Below are positions 34,431 through 48,309 of a DNA stretch of 64,000 bases, one piece after another. Source of the DNA: Squalus acanthias (Eukaryota). Both the position numbers and the translations under genes were made by a program. The number at the start of each line of letters is the position of its first letter. Within the stretch, counting starts at the first letter, position 1. Below the pieces are notes generated by a model. It did no database searches, was not told where the DNA came from, and was given only the letters and a program-made list of their open reading frames with translations. The stretch covers positions 105,898,001 to 105,962,000 of the forward strand of contig CM059432.1 of the NCBI GenBank assembly GCA_030390025.1, in the 5' to 3' direction.

Positions 34431-35209
34431 ATATCCTACTTATTTTTAATAGATTACAGTGTATTTTACAAAAAGTAAAAATAAATTAAATTATCTTTGA
34501 CTGTGAAGTGCAATGGAGAACCTCATTTCAATGCTTTGTTATCCCACAGAAATTAATGAGAAAGTAAATCCACAAAATCCAGATGGAGAAAATGCATTTG
34601 TTCTGTTTGCTAATGGAACATTTGAAGGGAAGTATTGTAAAAGCAAATGTATTCCTAACTCTTAAATACCATTTACACTTCAAAAGGTTTTGAAATACTG
34701 GGAGATTGGGATTACAATACAATCTTTGGGCAAATACTTCAAAATGTAGTTCTCTACTGACTTCATTTATTTTTAACTGGTATTTTGCAGGCGTATATTG
34801 ACAGTTCAGTCATGAGGCATGTTATGCATAGAATTGCTTACAAGAATTGAGATGAATCCTTAAAAAAGTTATGCATATTTTAAGATATCACACAATTCTG
34901 CATTAGCAGAAACAACTTGTTCATCCATAGATAGGTGCGAGGGGTCTACAGGGCTGTTTTTATGATAATTAGGTGGTAGTCTGCTGTATCTGGTGTGGCC
35001 GTCTTTCCAAAGCTCAAGAGCCTCAAGAAGTTGTATCCTGACAATGAGCTAGATGTTTTAAATATATCAGACTGACTGATATTCTTAATGTGACTACATG
35101 AGTTTCAGGTCAAACATGCAAGAGATTTTGAAACCCCGCGTCTCAATGTAACTTTTGATATGCTTTGTTTCAACTATTTTTTTGAAAACCAATTATACAC
35201 TCCCATGCC

Positions 35210-35455
35210 CTTCTCTCACTTTCCCTCCCTCTCTCATTTTCCCTTCTCTCTCATTATCATGTGTGTGTCTTTCTCTCATTCCCTCCCTCTTTGTGTCTCT
35301 CATTCCCCCTTTCCTTTTTCTTTTCTCCTTCTCTCATTCCTTCCCTCTTACCCCCACTAGCTTTCACTTCCCCTTTTCCCCTTTCATTGTCTGTCTCATT
35401 CTCTCCTCTGTCTCATTCCCTCCTTTTCCCACTGTCTCTCACTCCCACATTCTTA
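35210..35455. repeat. CT-rich low-complexity tract
   Basis: Polypyrimidine with recurring TCTCATTCCC units. Confidence 0.85.
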
Positions 35456-37619
35456 CATACTAGTTGTTTGTTCCATAAATCATGAACAGCGCCTTTATTC
35501 CAGGTATTAGCATCTTTTCCATTGCAGAGGGCCAACAGTGATATTATAGCAGCAATGTTTGCTCCTCAACTGGTTTGTTTAAGAGCCTAGTTTGCACTGC
35601 AGACACCACTCCCCAATATGGTGGAACATTTAGGATAGAATTAATGAATTGCCATTGTAATTAATTCCAAATACAATCTAGCTGGATCAGAATGGAAAGA
35701 AGGCTCTCTGTTTTATCATGGGTCTCTCGTGTATCTCTCACGTCAAGAGTGAAAGCTGGACAGGTGCAAAGAGCTGCACTATCACAAAAGAGCTGCATGC
35801 AGCTCATGAGATGCCAGTTATATACCCCTGTACTAAATCATTCATTTATTAATTCACAGGATTCACTAAAATGTTAATGCTGGCTTCCACAAAGTTTTGT
35901 ATTACTGGTTGATGTTCTCATAGTTAAAATAAACTATGATTTCAAAATGTTGGAAGGGATACCGATACATCTGGTTTTGTTTTAATATTTATGGGAATGT
36001 ACATCAGCTGCAGGATAGAACTACAAGGGTAGGAATGACTATTGAAAAATAGTTGATTAGAATTATACAGGCACTCTCAATTTGTCAATTTACTAAATCA
36101 ATCTAATGGTCATAATTATAGAAAAACTGAAAGAATGTCTTAGAGTTACAGAGCAGACTTTGGGACTGTGCGGTTTATTATGTAACGTCTGTATTGCACA
36201 GAACTGTATACATTAATTCTGCAGTTGTTTTCCCAGTAGTTCCACTGGTAATGCTATACTCCAGTTAAGCTACACTTTTGGGACTGGAATGGCTCTGACA
36301 TCTGCCAAAATATGATCCCAGAAGTCTATTGGAACAACTTTGGCAATGGAATAAATGAAGCTGTTGGTTCTGTCCCAGTTTCACACTGATGAAATGTAGT
36401 TTACAAGGCAATTTCTGAACTGGATTCCACATACTGTAATCTATCACGCAATAGTGTACATGATGTCATCACGCTGTGCAATGCATTATGGACAGGCCCA
36501 TTGATTTACGGTGCTTCACTAAGGCAAATTCCATTTTTATTACACACATTTGGGATTTTTACCATCATTTCAGGGCTCACATTCCCTGATTCCATCTGTT
36601 CATAATTAAGGCCATTCATTTGTGGTGACTGAATGGAAAATTGGGCAGGGTGCATAATGGGCGGCCGATCCCATACCACCAGTTTTAAAACCCTGCCAGT
36701 TCTGTCCAATAAGTCAAATTCCATTTTTACTGTGTGGGATTCTGGTTTTTATCCAGGATTTTTAAAAATGTTTCAGGGTTCAAATTCTCTGATTCTGCCC
36801 ATTTTTCCCTGGAAACCACAAACCAGTGGCCTTGATAATGAAGTGATCCACTGATGTCAGTGTTGTACAATACGTTTGCCACATGTGGCTAATTCAAAGT
36901 CTAGATTAGTAAATAAAAAATAATAGACACTGTCATTGAGCATGTGATCTTAGTACTCATATTCGCAATGGATATGCATGTAAACTTCAACCTTTTTGTG
37001 CTCTTGATTTGCTCTTGAACAGGGGGACTATACATTCCTTTGTACACATGCACTGCCATTTTATTTATCCCAGCACAAATTTCAGTATCATCACAACGAT
37101 TGTTGAGTAACTGGATGTCTTTTGTGGCTAGAGCCACAGCAAACAAGGGCATGCTTATTTTTTTATCATATGTTTTTCATTTATAGCCATTTCAGTTAAA
37201 GCACTCTTTAATAAAAATATACCAACCTCTGGACGCCCATTGCCATTGGAGACTCACATTTCCATGAGTCTTGTGAGTTGTTCTCGGGCCTTCAGTTCAA
37301 ACTAAGTGTACGGAGATGGATTCCCACCATTTAAGCAATGGGTGTTGCAGGCCTCCAGTCTTGATTTGAAGTTGAGGCGGAAATAAGAGTGTATGGAGAT
37401 CATTTACAACACACAGCTTCAGCACACACAATGGCTTTATTTCACTAGCCACTGCAGTGTTTAACAGATACATGTGAACACCATTCCTCTGTAACTTAAG
37501 ACTGGCAAAGATGAGTGTCCACCAGGCTGGAGGAGGTTGGTTCCTGGCTTGTGTTCTTAAACTGGAATGCAGAATGCGATCCTGATGACCCTAAATCTGA
37601 ACCAAACTAAATCTAAAGT

Positions 37620-37690
37620 ATTGGTAAATTATCACTCCTCGTCCTTCTCAACCTGTCTGCAGCCTTCGACACGGTTGACCACATCATCCA
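37620..37690 (+). mobile_element. L2 RT fragment
   Basis: Translates LSLLVLLNLSAAFDTVDHII. Confidence 0.7.
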
Positions 37691-37699
37691 TAGCAAAGT

Positions 37700-38080
37700 A
37701 TTCCATACTGCAACGATTCTCCATGTAAAGACATTTTTCCTAACTTTCTTTCCTCATTCTCTTAGTGGCAATTTTATATTGACGACCCCTTTTCAGTGAT
37801 TCCCCAACCAAAGGCAATTATCTTTCCCTATTCACTCTATCAAAATTCTTCATAATTTAGTCTACAACGTTGCCTTCCCTGCTCCAGTGGAAATAGTCCC
37901 AGTATCTCAAGTCTCTCCTCATAACCATAGCTTCCCATCCCTGTATACTCCCATTCCTTGTTTGTTTTTCCCATATCTATCCACATTAAGTTATATCTGC
38001 CACCCGGCCACCCATTCCGCTAAGCTACCAGTGTCTTCCTGCAGTCTTTTACAGTCCTCCTCACTGTTTGCCAAATCTCC
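37700..38080 (-). mobile_element. Old degenerate CR1 fragments
   Basis: SEEDCKRLQEDTGSLAEW..WQI, plus a decayed 3' RT segment. Confidence 0.65.
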
Positions 38081-38160
38081 TACTTTCCCATACAACTGTA
38101 GCAGATGCAGCACCTGTCCTTTCACCTCTCCCTGCACAATTATCTGAACCCCAAATACTT

Positions 38161-39669
38161 GTGGCTGCAGAGATAGTGGATGCATTGGTTGCAATATACC
38201 AAAATTCCCTGGACTCGGGAGAGGGCCCAGCGGATTGGAAAACCGCAAATGTAACACCCCTATTTAAAAAAGGAGGGAGCCAGAAAGCAGGAAATTATAG
38301 ACCAGTTAGCCTAACATCTGTCATTGGGAAAATGCTGGAGTCCTTCATTAAGGAAGCAGTAGCAGGGCATTTGGAAAATCATAATGCAGTCAAGCAGAGT
38401 CAGCATGGTTTTATGAAAGGGAAATCATGTTTAGCAAACTTGCTGGAGTTCTTTGAGGAGGTAACAAGCAGGGTGGACAAAGGTGTTTGGATTTCCAGAA
38501 GGCATTTGATAAGGTGCCACATAAAAGGTTACTGCATAAGATAAGAGCTCACGGAATTGGGGGTAATATATTAGCATGGATAGAGAATTGGCTAACTAAC
38601 AGAAAGCAGAGAGTCGGGATAAATGGGTCATCTTCCGGTTGGCAAACGGTAACTAGTGGGGTGCCACAGGGATCAGTGCTGGGGCCTCAACTATTTACAA
38701 TCTACATTAATGACTTGGATGAAGGGACTGAGTGTAAGGTAGCCAAGTTTGCAGATGATGCAAAGATGGGTGGGAACGCAAGTTGTGCAGAGGACTCAAA
38801 GAATCTGCAAAGGGATATAGACAGGCTAAGTGAGTGGGCAAACATTTGGCAGATGGAGTATAATGTGGGAAAGTGCGAGGTTATCCACTTTGGCAGGAAA
38901 AATAAAAAAGCAAATTATTATTTAAATTACAAAAGAGATTACAAAATGCTACAGTTCAGAGGGACCTGGGGGTCCTTGTGCATGAAACACAAAAAGTTAG
39001 CATGCAGGTAATCAAAAAGGCAAATAAAATGTTGGCCTTTATTTCAAGGGGGTTGGAGTATAAAAGCAGGGAAGTCCTGCTACAACTGTACAGGGTATTG
39101 GTGAGACCACACCTTGAGTACTGCGTACAGTTTTGGTCTCCTTATTTAAGGAAGGATATACTTGCATTGGAGGCAGTTCAGAGATGATTCACTAGGTTAA
39201 TTCCAGAGATGAGGAGGTTGACTTATGAGGAAAGGTTGAGCAGGTGGGCCTATACTCATTGGAATTTAGAAGAATGAGAGGTGATCTTATCGAAACATAT
39301 AAGATACTGAGGGAGCTCAACAAGGTAGATGCAGAGAGGATTTTTCCCCTCGTGGGGAAATCTAGAACTCAGGGGCACAGTTTCAGAATAAAGGGTCGCC
39401 CTTTTAGAACTGAGATGAGGAGGAATTTCTTCTCTCAGAGGGTTGTAAATCTGTGGAATACTCTGACCCAGAGAGCTGTGGAGGCTGGGTCATTAAATAC
39501 ATTTAAGGTGGAGATAGACAGATTTTTGCAAGATAAGGGAGTGAAGGGTTATGGGGAGCGGGCAGGGAAGTGGCTTTGAGCCCAAGATCAGCCATGATCT
39601 TATTGAATGGCGGAGCAGGCTCGAAGGGCCAAGTGGCCTATTCCTGCTCCTATTTCTTATGTTCTTATG
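38161..39669 (+). mobile_element. 5'-truncated CR1 (RT to tail)
   Basis: ORFs 38068-39579 with NYRPVSL, PQGSVLGP and FADD; TACTT duplicated at both ends. Confidence 0.92.
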
Positions 39670-39690
39670 TACTTCAATGTGAAGCACACT

Positions 39691-39824
39691 GGGTAGAAAT
39701 TCATCTTGGGCGGTGGTGCAAATCAGGCGGTATCGCGTGAGCCTTTTATGCGACCTGCCCAATATTCAGAATAGGGAAAGATACCACCCGTTTTGCGCTA
39801 CTGCCCAAGACAATATTCTACCCC
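39691..39824. mobile_element. Hairpin Harbinger-type MITE (134 bp)
   Basis: Inverted arms of about 45 bp, GGGTAGAAATT..GGTATC / GATACC..ATTCTACCCC; ACT flanks. Confidence 0.8.
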
Positions 39825-40279
39825 ACTGTATTTGCTACTCACGGTGTGAGCTTCTCTATACTGATAAGACTAAGTACAGATTGGGTGATAGTTTTCCCAA
39901 ATATTTTCATTTTGAATGTAACTGTGATTCTGACCTCCAAGTGGCTCACCATGTCAATTCCCCCTCCCATTCCCAAGTAAGGTGTGACACCCTTAACATG
40001 AAAATTTCTATCACAACACCACCTACAGGTATAACGGATACTACAGGTACTATAATAGGTTTTACCAGAGTAGCAAGCATGAATGTTTTCGATTAAATGC
40101 GTATCCTAGGTACAGAATTTAATATAAAATAGATTTTATTCATTTATATTGAACAATTACTAAATATTAAAAATGCACAATTTAAAATGGAAGAAAACTA
40201 ATTTGATTAATTATTTGAAGGAAAAAACTGATTTTGCTCCAAGCATGAAGCAGTATTTGCCCAGTTGCTCTGGTAAGCA

Positions 40280-42158
40280 ATAAATGGGTATGCTCTGATA
40301 GCCATTACAGAGACATGGTTGCAAGGTGACCAAGGCTGGGAACTGAATATTCAGGGGTATTTGACATTTCAGAAGGATAGGCAGAAAGGAAAAGGAGGTG
40401 GGGTAGCTCTGTTAATAAAGGATGAGATCAGTGCAGTGGTGAGGAATGATATTGGCTCAGAAGCTCAAGATATAGAATCAGTTTGGGTGGAGATAAGAAA
40501 TAGTAAGGGTAAGAAGTCACTGGTGGGAGTAGTCTATAGGCCACCTAACAGTAGCTATACTGTAGGACAGAGTATAAATCAAGAAATAATGGGGGCTTGT
40601 AAGAAAGGTACTTCAATAATCATGGGTGATTTTAATCATCATATAGATTAGACAACTCAAATTGGCAAGGGTAGCCTTGAGGACGAGTTCATAGAGTGTA
40701 TTCGGGATGGTTTCTTAGAGCAATACGTTGAGGAACCAACCAGGGAGCAGGCTATTTTAGATCTGGTAATGTGTAATGAGACAGGATTAATTAATGATCT
40801 CATAGTAAAGGATCCCCTAGGAAAGAGTGATCATAGCATGGTAGAATTTCAAATTCAGTTTGAGGGTGGGAGACTTGGGTCTGAAACTAGTGTCCTAAAC
40901 TTAAATAAAGTCAATTACAAGGGTATGAGGACAGAGTTGGCTAAAGTGGACTGGGAAAATAGATTAAAGGGTAAGACGGTAGATCAGCAATGGCAGACAT
41001 TTAAGGAGATATTTCATAAATCTCAGCAAAGGTATATTTCAGTGAGAAAGAAAGGCTCTACGAGAAGGATGCACCATCCATGGCTAACTAAGGAAGTTAA
41101 GGATGGTATCAAATTGAAAGAAAAGGCATACAATGTTGCGAAGATTGGGAATTTTTTAGGAACCAGCAAAGGATGACTAAAAAAATTATAAAGAGGGAGA
41201 AGATAGAGTATGAGAGTAAACTAGCAAATAATATAAAAACAGACAGTAAGAGCTTCGACAGGTATATAAAAAAGAAGAGAGTAGCTAAAGTAAATGTTGG
41301 TCCCTTAGAGGATGAGACTGGGGAATTAATAATGGGAAATAGAGAAATGGCAGAGACTCTAAATAATTATTTTGTATCTGCCTTCATGGTAGAAGACACT
41401 AAAAACATCCGAATAATAATAGATAATCAAGGGGCTATAGGGAGGGAGGAACTTAAAACAATCTCTATCACTAGAGAAAAAGTACTAAGCAAACTAATGG
41501 GGCTAAAGGCCGACAAGTCCCCTGGACCTGATGGCCTGCATTATAGGGTCTTAAAAGAAGTGGCTGCAGAGATAGTGGATGCGTTGGTTGTAATCTACCA
41601 AAATTCCTTGGATTCTGGAGAGGTCCCAGCGGATTTTAAAACTGCAAATGTAACGCCACTATTCAAGAAAGGAGGGATACAGAAAGCAGGAATCTATAAG
41701 TTAGCCTAACATCTGTCATTGGGAAAATGCTGGAATCCATTATTAAGGAGGTAATAGCAAGACATTTAGAAAATCATAAGACACTCAAGCAGAGGGGGAT
41801 TGACAGGGTGGATGCTGAGAGGATGTTTCCCCTAGTAGGGGTATCTAGAACAAGAGGGCATAGTTTCAGAATAAGGGGTCGCCCTTTTAAGACGGAGATG
41901 AGGAGGAATTTCTTCTCTCAGAGGGTCGTGAATCTTTGGAATTCTCTACCCCAGAGAGCTGTGGAGGTGGAGTCATTGAATACATTCAAGGCGGAGATTG
42001 ACAGACATTTGAACTACAAGGGAGTCAAGGGGTATGGGGAGAAAGCGGGAAAGTGGTGTTGAGACCAAGATTGGATCAGCCATGATCTTATTGAATGGCG
42101 GAGCAGGCTCGAGGGGCCGATTGGCCTACTCCTGCTCCTGTTTCTTATGTTCTTATGT
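40280..42158 (+). mobile_element. CR1 ORF2 copy with endonuclease region joined directly to the 3' end (RT core deleted)
   Basis: Endonuclease motifs at 40319-40651; junction HKTLKQ-RGIDRVDAE at ~41791; hairpin tail. Confidence 0.9.
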
Positions 42159-43315
42159 AAGCAGTTCCCACTGCTTTCATTCCTAAAAATGTCCTTTATA
42201 GAATGGTTACAGCACGGAAGGAGGCCATTCAGCTCATCGAGCCTGCGCCGGCTCTCCGCAAGAGCACCCCAGTCAGTCTCACTCCCCCGCCCTTTCCCCG
42301 TAGCCCTGCAAATTTCTTTCCTTCAGATACTTATCCAACTCCCTTTTGAAATACGTGATTGAATCTGCCTCCACCACCCTTTCAGGCAGTGCATTCCAGA
42401 TCTTAACCACTCGCTGCATAAAAAAGTTTTTTCTTACGTCGCCTTTGGTTATTTTGCCAATCACCTTAAATCTGTGTCCTCTGGTTCTCAATCCTTCTGC
42501 CAATGGGAACAATTTCCCTCTATCTACTCTATCTACTCTGTCTAGACCCCTCATGATTTTGAACACCTCTATCAAATCTCCTCTCAATCTTCTCTGCTCC
42601 AAGGAGAACAATCCCAGCTTCTCCAGTCTATCAACGTAACTGAAGTCTCTCATTCCTGGAATCATTCTCGTAAATCTTTTTTGCACCCTCTCTAAGGCCT
42701 TCACATTCTTCCTAAAGTGTGGTGCCCAGAATTGGACACAGTACTCCAGTTGGGGCCGAACTAGTGTTTTATACAGGTTCATCATAATTTCCACACTTTT
42801 GTACTTTATACCTCTATTCATGAATCCCAGGATCCCGTAAGCCTTTTTAACTGGTTCTCAACCTGCCCTGCCACCTTCAACGATTTGTGCACATATACCC
42901 CCAGGTCTCTCTGTTCGTGCATTCCCCTTCAGGATTGTACCATTTAGTTTATATGTCCTCTACTCATTCTTTCTACCAAAATGTATCACTTCACACATTT
43001 CTGCGTTAAATTTCATCTGCCATGTGTCCGCCCATTTCACCAGCCTGTCTATGTCTTCCTGAAGTCTATCACTCTCCTCCTCACTGTTCACTATACTTCC
43101 AAGTTTTGTGTCATCTGCAAATTTTGAAATTGTGCCCTGTACACCCACGTCCAAGTCATTAATATATATCAAGAAAAGCAGTGATCCTAGAACCGACCCC
43201 TGGGGAACACCACTGTATAACTTCCTCCAGTCCGAAAAACAACTGTTCACCACTACTCTCTGTTTCCTGTCACTTAGCCCATTCCGTATCCATGCTGTCA
43301 CTGTCCCTTTTATTC

Positions 43316-43905
43316 AAAAGCAAAATACTGCGGATGCTGGAAATCTGAAATAAAAACAGAAAATGCTGGAAATACTCAGCAGGTCAGGCAGCATCTGTAG
43401 AGAGAGAAGCAGAGTTAACGTTTCAGGTTGCTGACCTTTCGTCAGAACTGGAAAAAGTTGGAGATGTAACAGGTTTTTAAGCAAGTGTAGGGGCAGGGAG
43501 AGGGGGGAGGGGAGGAAAGAACAAAAGGGAAGGTCTGTGATAGAATGGAAGGCAGGAGAGATTAAGATAGAAAAGGGATGATGGTGCAAGGCAAAAGGAG
43601 ATGGTAATGGGACAAGTTAAGAAACAAAAGATGACTCTAGATGAAGTGTAAATGGCAATGGCAGAATCATCAACAGCTGCCATGTGAGAGAGAGAAAAAA
43701 AGATAGGGGCAGAGGTTATGGTCTGAAATTGTTGAACTCGATATTGAGTCCAGAAGGCTGTAAAGTGCCTAATTGAAAGATGAGGTGCTGTTCCTCAAGC
43801 TTATGTTGAGCTTCATTGGAACAGTGTAAGAGGCCGAGGATGGAGAGGTCAGAGTGGGAGTGGAGTGGAGAATTAAAGTGAAAGGCGACCGGAAGCTTGG
43901 GGTCA
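43316..43905 (-). mobile_element. 5'-truncated Penelope-like element (GIY-YIG C-terminus, 3'UTR, hammerhead terminus)
   Basis: Minus strand translates DPKLPVAFHFNS..KLEEQHLIFQLGTLQPSGLNIEF; 11-bp TSD CCCTTTTATTC. Confidence 0.9.
43413..43449 (-). ncRNA. Minimal type I hammerhead ribozyme motif
   Basis: Minus strand AGTT-CTGACGA-A-AGGT-CAGCA-ACCT-GAAACGTT-AACT: conserved core, stem II, palindromic stem III (AACGTT), stem I AGTT/AACT. Confidence 0.75.
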
Positions 43906-46855
43906 CCCTTTTATTCCATGGGCTTCAACTTTGCTGACAAGCCTATTATGTGGCACTTTGTCGAGCGCCTTTTGGAAATCCATGTACACCACGTCAACTG
44001 CATTGCCCACATCAACCCTTTCTGTTACCTCATCAAAGAACTCAATCAAGTTAGTTAAACACGATTTGCCTTTAACAAATCCATGCTGGCTTTCCTTAAT
44101 TAATCCACACTTGTCCAAGTGACTGTTAGTTTTGTCCCTGATTACTGTTTCTAAAAGCTTCCCCACTACCGAGATCAAACTGACTGGCCTGTAGTTGCTG
44201 GGTTTATCTTTACATCCCTTTTTGAACAAGGGTGTAACATTTACAATTCTCCAGTCCTCTGGCACCACCTCTGTATCTAAGGAGGATTGGAATATTATGG
44301 CCAGTACCTCCGCGATTTCCTCCCTCAATTCCCTCAGCATCCTAGGATGCAGCCCATCCGCTCCTGGTAATTTATCTACTTTTAGTACAGCCAGCCTTTC
44401 TAATACCTCCTATTTATCAATTTTTATCCTATCAAGTATCTCCACTACCTCCTCCTTTACTATGTCTATGGCAGCATCCTCTTCCTTGGTTAAGACAGAT
44501 GCAAAGTACCCGTTTAGTACCTCAGCCATACCCTCTGCCTCCATGCATGGGTCTCCTTTTTGGTCCCTAATTGGCCCCACCCCTCCTCTTACTACCCTTT
44601 TACTATTTATATGCCTATCGAAGACTTTTGGATTACCTTTTATGATGGCTGCCATTCTATTCTCATACCCTCTCTTTGCCCCTCTTATTTTTTCACTTCT
44701 CCTCTGACCTTTCCATATATAGCCTGATTCTCAGATGTATTTGCAACCTGACATCTGTCATACATGCTCTTTTTCTGCTTCATCATATTCTCTCTCTCCT
44801 TCGTCATCCAGGGAGCCCTGACTTTAGTTGCCCTGCTTTTCCCCCTAGTGGGAATGTACCTCAACTGTACCTGAACTATTTCCTCTTTAAAGGCAGCCCA
44901 TTGTTCCATTACAGTTTTGCCTGCCAATCTTTGATTCCAGTTTACCCGGGCCAGATCCGTTCTCATCCCACTGAAATTGGCCTTCCCCCAGTTAAACATT
45001 TTTACTCTAGATTGCTCCCTGTCCTTTTCCATAGCTAATCTAAACCTTATGATACAATGATCACTGTTCCCTAAATATTCACCTACTGACACTTGCTCCA
45101 CTTGACCTACCTCATTCCCCAGAACCAGATCCAGCAATGCCTCCTTCCTCGTCAGGCCGCAAACACACTGATCAAGAAAGTTCTCCCGAACACACTTCAG
45201 AAATTCTTCCCCTTCTCTGCCCTTAACACTATTACGATCACAGTCTATATTAGGATAGTTGAAGTTATTATTACTACTCTATAGTTCTTGCACCTCTCTG
45301 TAATTTCTCTGCAAATTTGCTCCTCCATATCTTTCCCACTATTTAGTGGTCTATAGAATACACCTCGTAGTGTAATGGCACCTCTATTATTTCTTAACTC
45401 TAGTCATATAGATTCTGTCCTTAACCCCTCCAGGACATCCTCCTTCTCCAGCACTGTAACATTCTCCTTGACTAATACTGCCACACCACCTCCTATCTTT
45501 CCTTCCCTATCTTTCCTGAACACTTTATAACCAGGAATATTTAATACCCAATCCTGCCCTTTTTTGAGCCAGGTCTCAGTTGTTGCCACATCATATTCCC
45601 ATGTGGCTATTTGTGCCTGCAGCTCACTTACCTTGTTTACTACGCTTCGTGCATTCACATACATACACTGTAAACCCATCTTAGACCATCCTGTATTCTC
45701 TCTTAGTTTGACCCCCACTTTGTTTCCATTTGTGTTTGCCACTGTCTCTTCCAAATCCCTTACTTCACTGTTTGTATATGTATAATAAACATTGGCAGAG
45801 ATATAAAAAAAATATCCTGTTTGGGATAACATCTAACAATAAAAATAATTTACAAAACAGATGCTATCTTTGTTTATGACCAAGGTAGAAACCAAGGGGC
45901 TGATTTTGCGAGGCTCTGTACTGGCAGTGTGTAATCAGTAGGAATTTTTGCTCAAAAGCTGTAGATGTTTGGGGGCCTCAATGTATGCACAAAGGAATAG
46001 TCTCTGAATTCTTGAGATCTTGGCCTGCACCCCCACACTATGTCAGCCTCTGTGCTACAAAACTGTCCAGCCTGTTCCCGCCCAATCATAGGAACATAGG
46101 AACAGGAGTAGGCCATTCAGCCCCTTCGAGCCTGCTCCGTTATTCAATTCGATTATGGCTGATCTGTACCTCAGCTCTATTTACCCGCCTTTGCTCCATA
46201 TCCCTTGATACCCTTACTTAAAATATATTTGACTTAGTCTTAAAAATTTTAATTGACTCAGCACGCACAACCTTTTGGAGGTGAGTTCCAGATATTTATT
46301 ACCCTTTGTGTGAACAAGTGCTTTCTGATTTCACTCCTAAATGGCCTAACTGATTTTAAGATTATGCCCCTCGGGGGAAAAATTCAGTTGATTAGCGCCT
46401 CCCTTTAGCGCCCTAAGAGGGCGCTAACGGGGCGCAAAGCAACTAGTGCCCGAGCGCGGCGATGTTTGCGCCGCTCGCGAAATTGAACAGACATTTTGCG
46501 GCGGTGCTAAAAACTACCGCCACGATCTCCTGCGCCCGCAGAGCGTGATGTCAGTCGAGCGTGCAATGCCCCGGTAGTGCCCAGACCGGATATTAAGTGG
46601 CGCCCCCTAACTTTCCGCCTGCCGCTAGCAACGACAGGTAGAGGGTAACGTTTTGCAGTCGGGAAGGGGCTGGGAGAGCGCTATTTAAAGGCGGCCGCTT
46701 CCTGCCTTTTTTTGTTGGCGACATTTTTGCACCACGCATTCTGAGAGAGAGAGAGAGAGAGACTTCTGGAGAGATTCAACGCTGTGTGCAGGAGTTTTGG
46801 GTACTGAGCAGGTTCATTTTGATTTGACCTTCCTTGCATCGATTTAGAAGAGACT

Positions 46856-47997
46856 TTGGCGGCTGCACTGATTCGGGGCGTTGTCCTGCACCTGCAGAAT
46901 CGGAGGCATCAGAGACGCAGAGAGAGAGTGGCAAACATGGCCAGAGGGAGGAGGGCCAACAGGCCTCTGCACAGGAGACCTTACCCTCCCAGAGTATTCC
47001 AGGAGCAATTCTCCTACATTCATTTGTCTGAGGAGCAGTGTTTGCGCAGGCTGCGCTTCAGCAAGGAGGTGGTCACTGAGCTCTGCCACCTGCTGCAACC
47101 AGATCTGCAGCCTCAACTGAGGACCAGGACGTCTCTGTCGGTGGCAGTGAAGGTGACAGTGGCTCTGAATTTTTATGCCAGCAGCTCCTTTCAAGCACCT
47201 ACTGGGGACATCGCCAATATCTCCCAGTTCGCTGTCCATTGTTGTATCCGGGAGGTGACAAATGCCCTGTATAAAAGGAGACACCAGTACATCTCTTTCC
47301 TCATGACCCGGGCCAAACAGCATGAACGTGCATGTGGCTTTGCTAGGATAGCAGGCTTCCCCATGGTGCATGTGGCATTGCGGGCACTGCATGAAAATGC
47401 AGAGGTATTCTGAACTGCAAGGGCTACCACTCCTTAAATGTCCAGTTGGTCTGTGACCACAGACAGCTGATACTCGCCGTCAATGTCCGCTATCCTGGCA
47501 GCAGCCACGATGCTTTCATCCTGCGCCAGACTGGTGTGCCAGACCTTTTCCAGGCAGCGCATCACCCAAGTGGATGGCTCCTCGGGGACAAGGGTTATCC
47601 ACTCTGCACCTGGCTGATGACACCGCTCCGTAACCCCAACACCCCTGCCGAGCTGCAGTATAATGAGAGCCATATCGCCACCAGGAACATAATTGAGCAG
47701 ACGATCGGCATGCTCAAGCAACGGTTCCGCTGTCTGGACCACTCAGGAAGAGCCCTGCAGTACTCACCTGAGCAAGTCTCCCTCTTCATAGTTGTGTGCT
47801 GCATGCTTCACAACCTGGCAATCCTGAGGACCCAGTCAATGCCTCCAGGGATTGGTGCACCACCTGAGGAGGAGGAGGAGGAGGAAGAGGAGGAAGAGGA
47901 TGAGGAGGATGATCAGCAGCAGCAAGGTGGGAGGGAGGCGCACAATGTTGCCACTGCAAGGGCCGTCCATCAACAGCTGATAACAAGCCGCTTCTAG
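46856..47997 (+). pseudogene. Harbinger transposase of copy F
   Basis: ATG changed to TTG, 21-bp deletion removing QGAIDCT, stop at 47411-47413. Confidence 0.92.
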
Positions 47998-48309
47998 GCC
48001 CCTACTCAGAAGATGGTTTCTGGCATGGAGAACAACATCATGGAAAGCAACCCGCACCCCCTATAGCCAGCCAAAGTTGGAATTATTCCAAAGGCCCAAA
48101 ATATAAATTTTGAATACAACAACTTTTTTCTTTAACAAACTCTGTGTGTGTCATTTATTCAGGACAAACAATTAGAAACAAACACAACAAATCATGAATT
48201 AACAGAACTGGTTCTCACAAGATGGAGATAAACGGCAAAACAGTAAACAAATGTAATCACACGAACCTCAACCTTTACTACAAACATTCCCACCATTTAT
48301 TTAGACCTC

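Larger units (their letters stand above)
38082..39977 (+). pseudogene. Decayed Penelope-like element Zn-knuckle/GIY-YIG region, split by a CR1 and a MITE
   Basis: TFPYNCSRCSTCPFTS (38082-38140), then CICYSRCELLYTDKTKYRLGDSF..LQVAHHVNSPSHS (39826-39977). Confidence 0.7.
42198..45730 (-). mobile_element. CR1 with near-complete but broken ORF2
   Basis: YVNARSV (5') through FADDTK to RKNFFMQRVV (3'); PLE insertion at 43316-43905. Confidence 0.92.

Noticed and set aside
34550..34640. Possible host exon (EINEKVNPQNPDGENAFVLFANGTFEG) after a CACAG acceptor
   Set aside because: No good donor and no recognisable protein; cannot be supported without homology or RNA data.
36570..36725. Possible small degenerate MITE
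   Set aside because: Could not define TIRs or a TSD.
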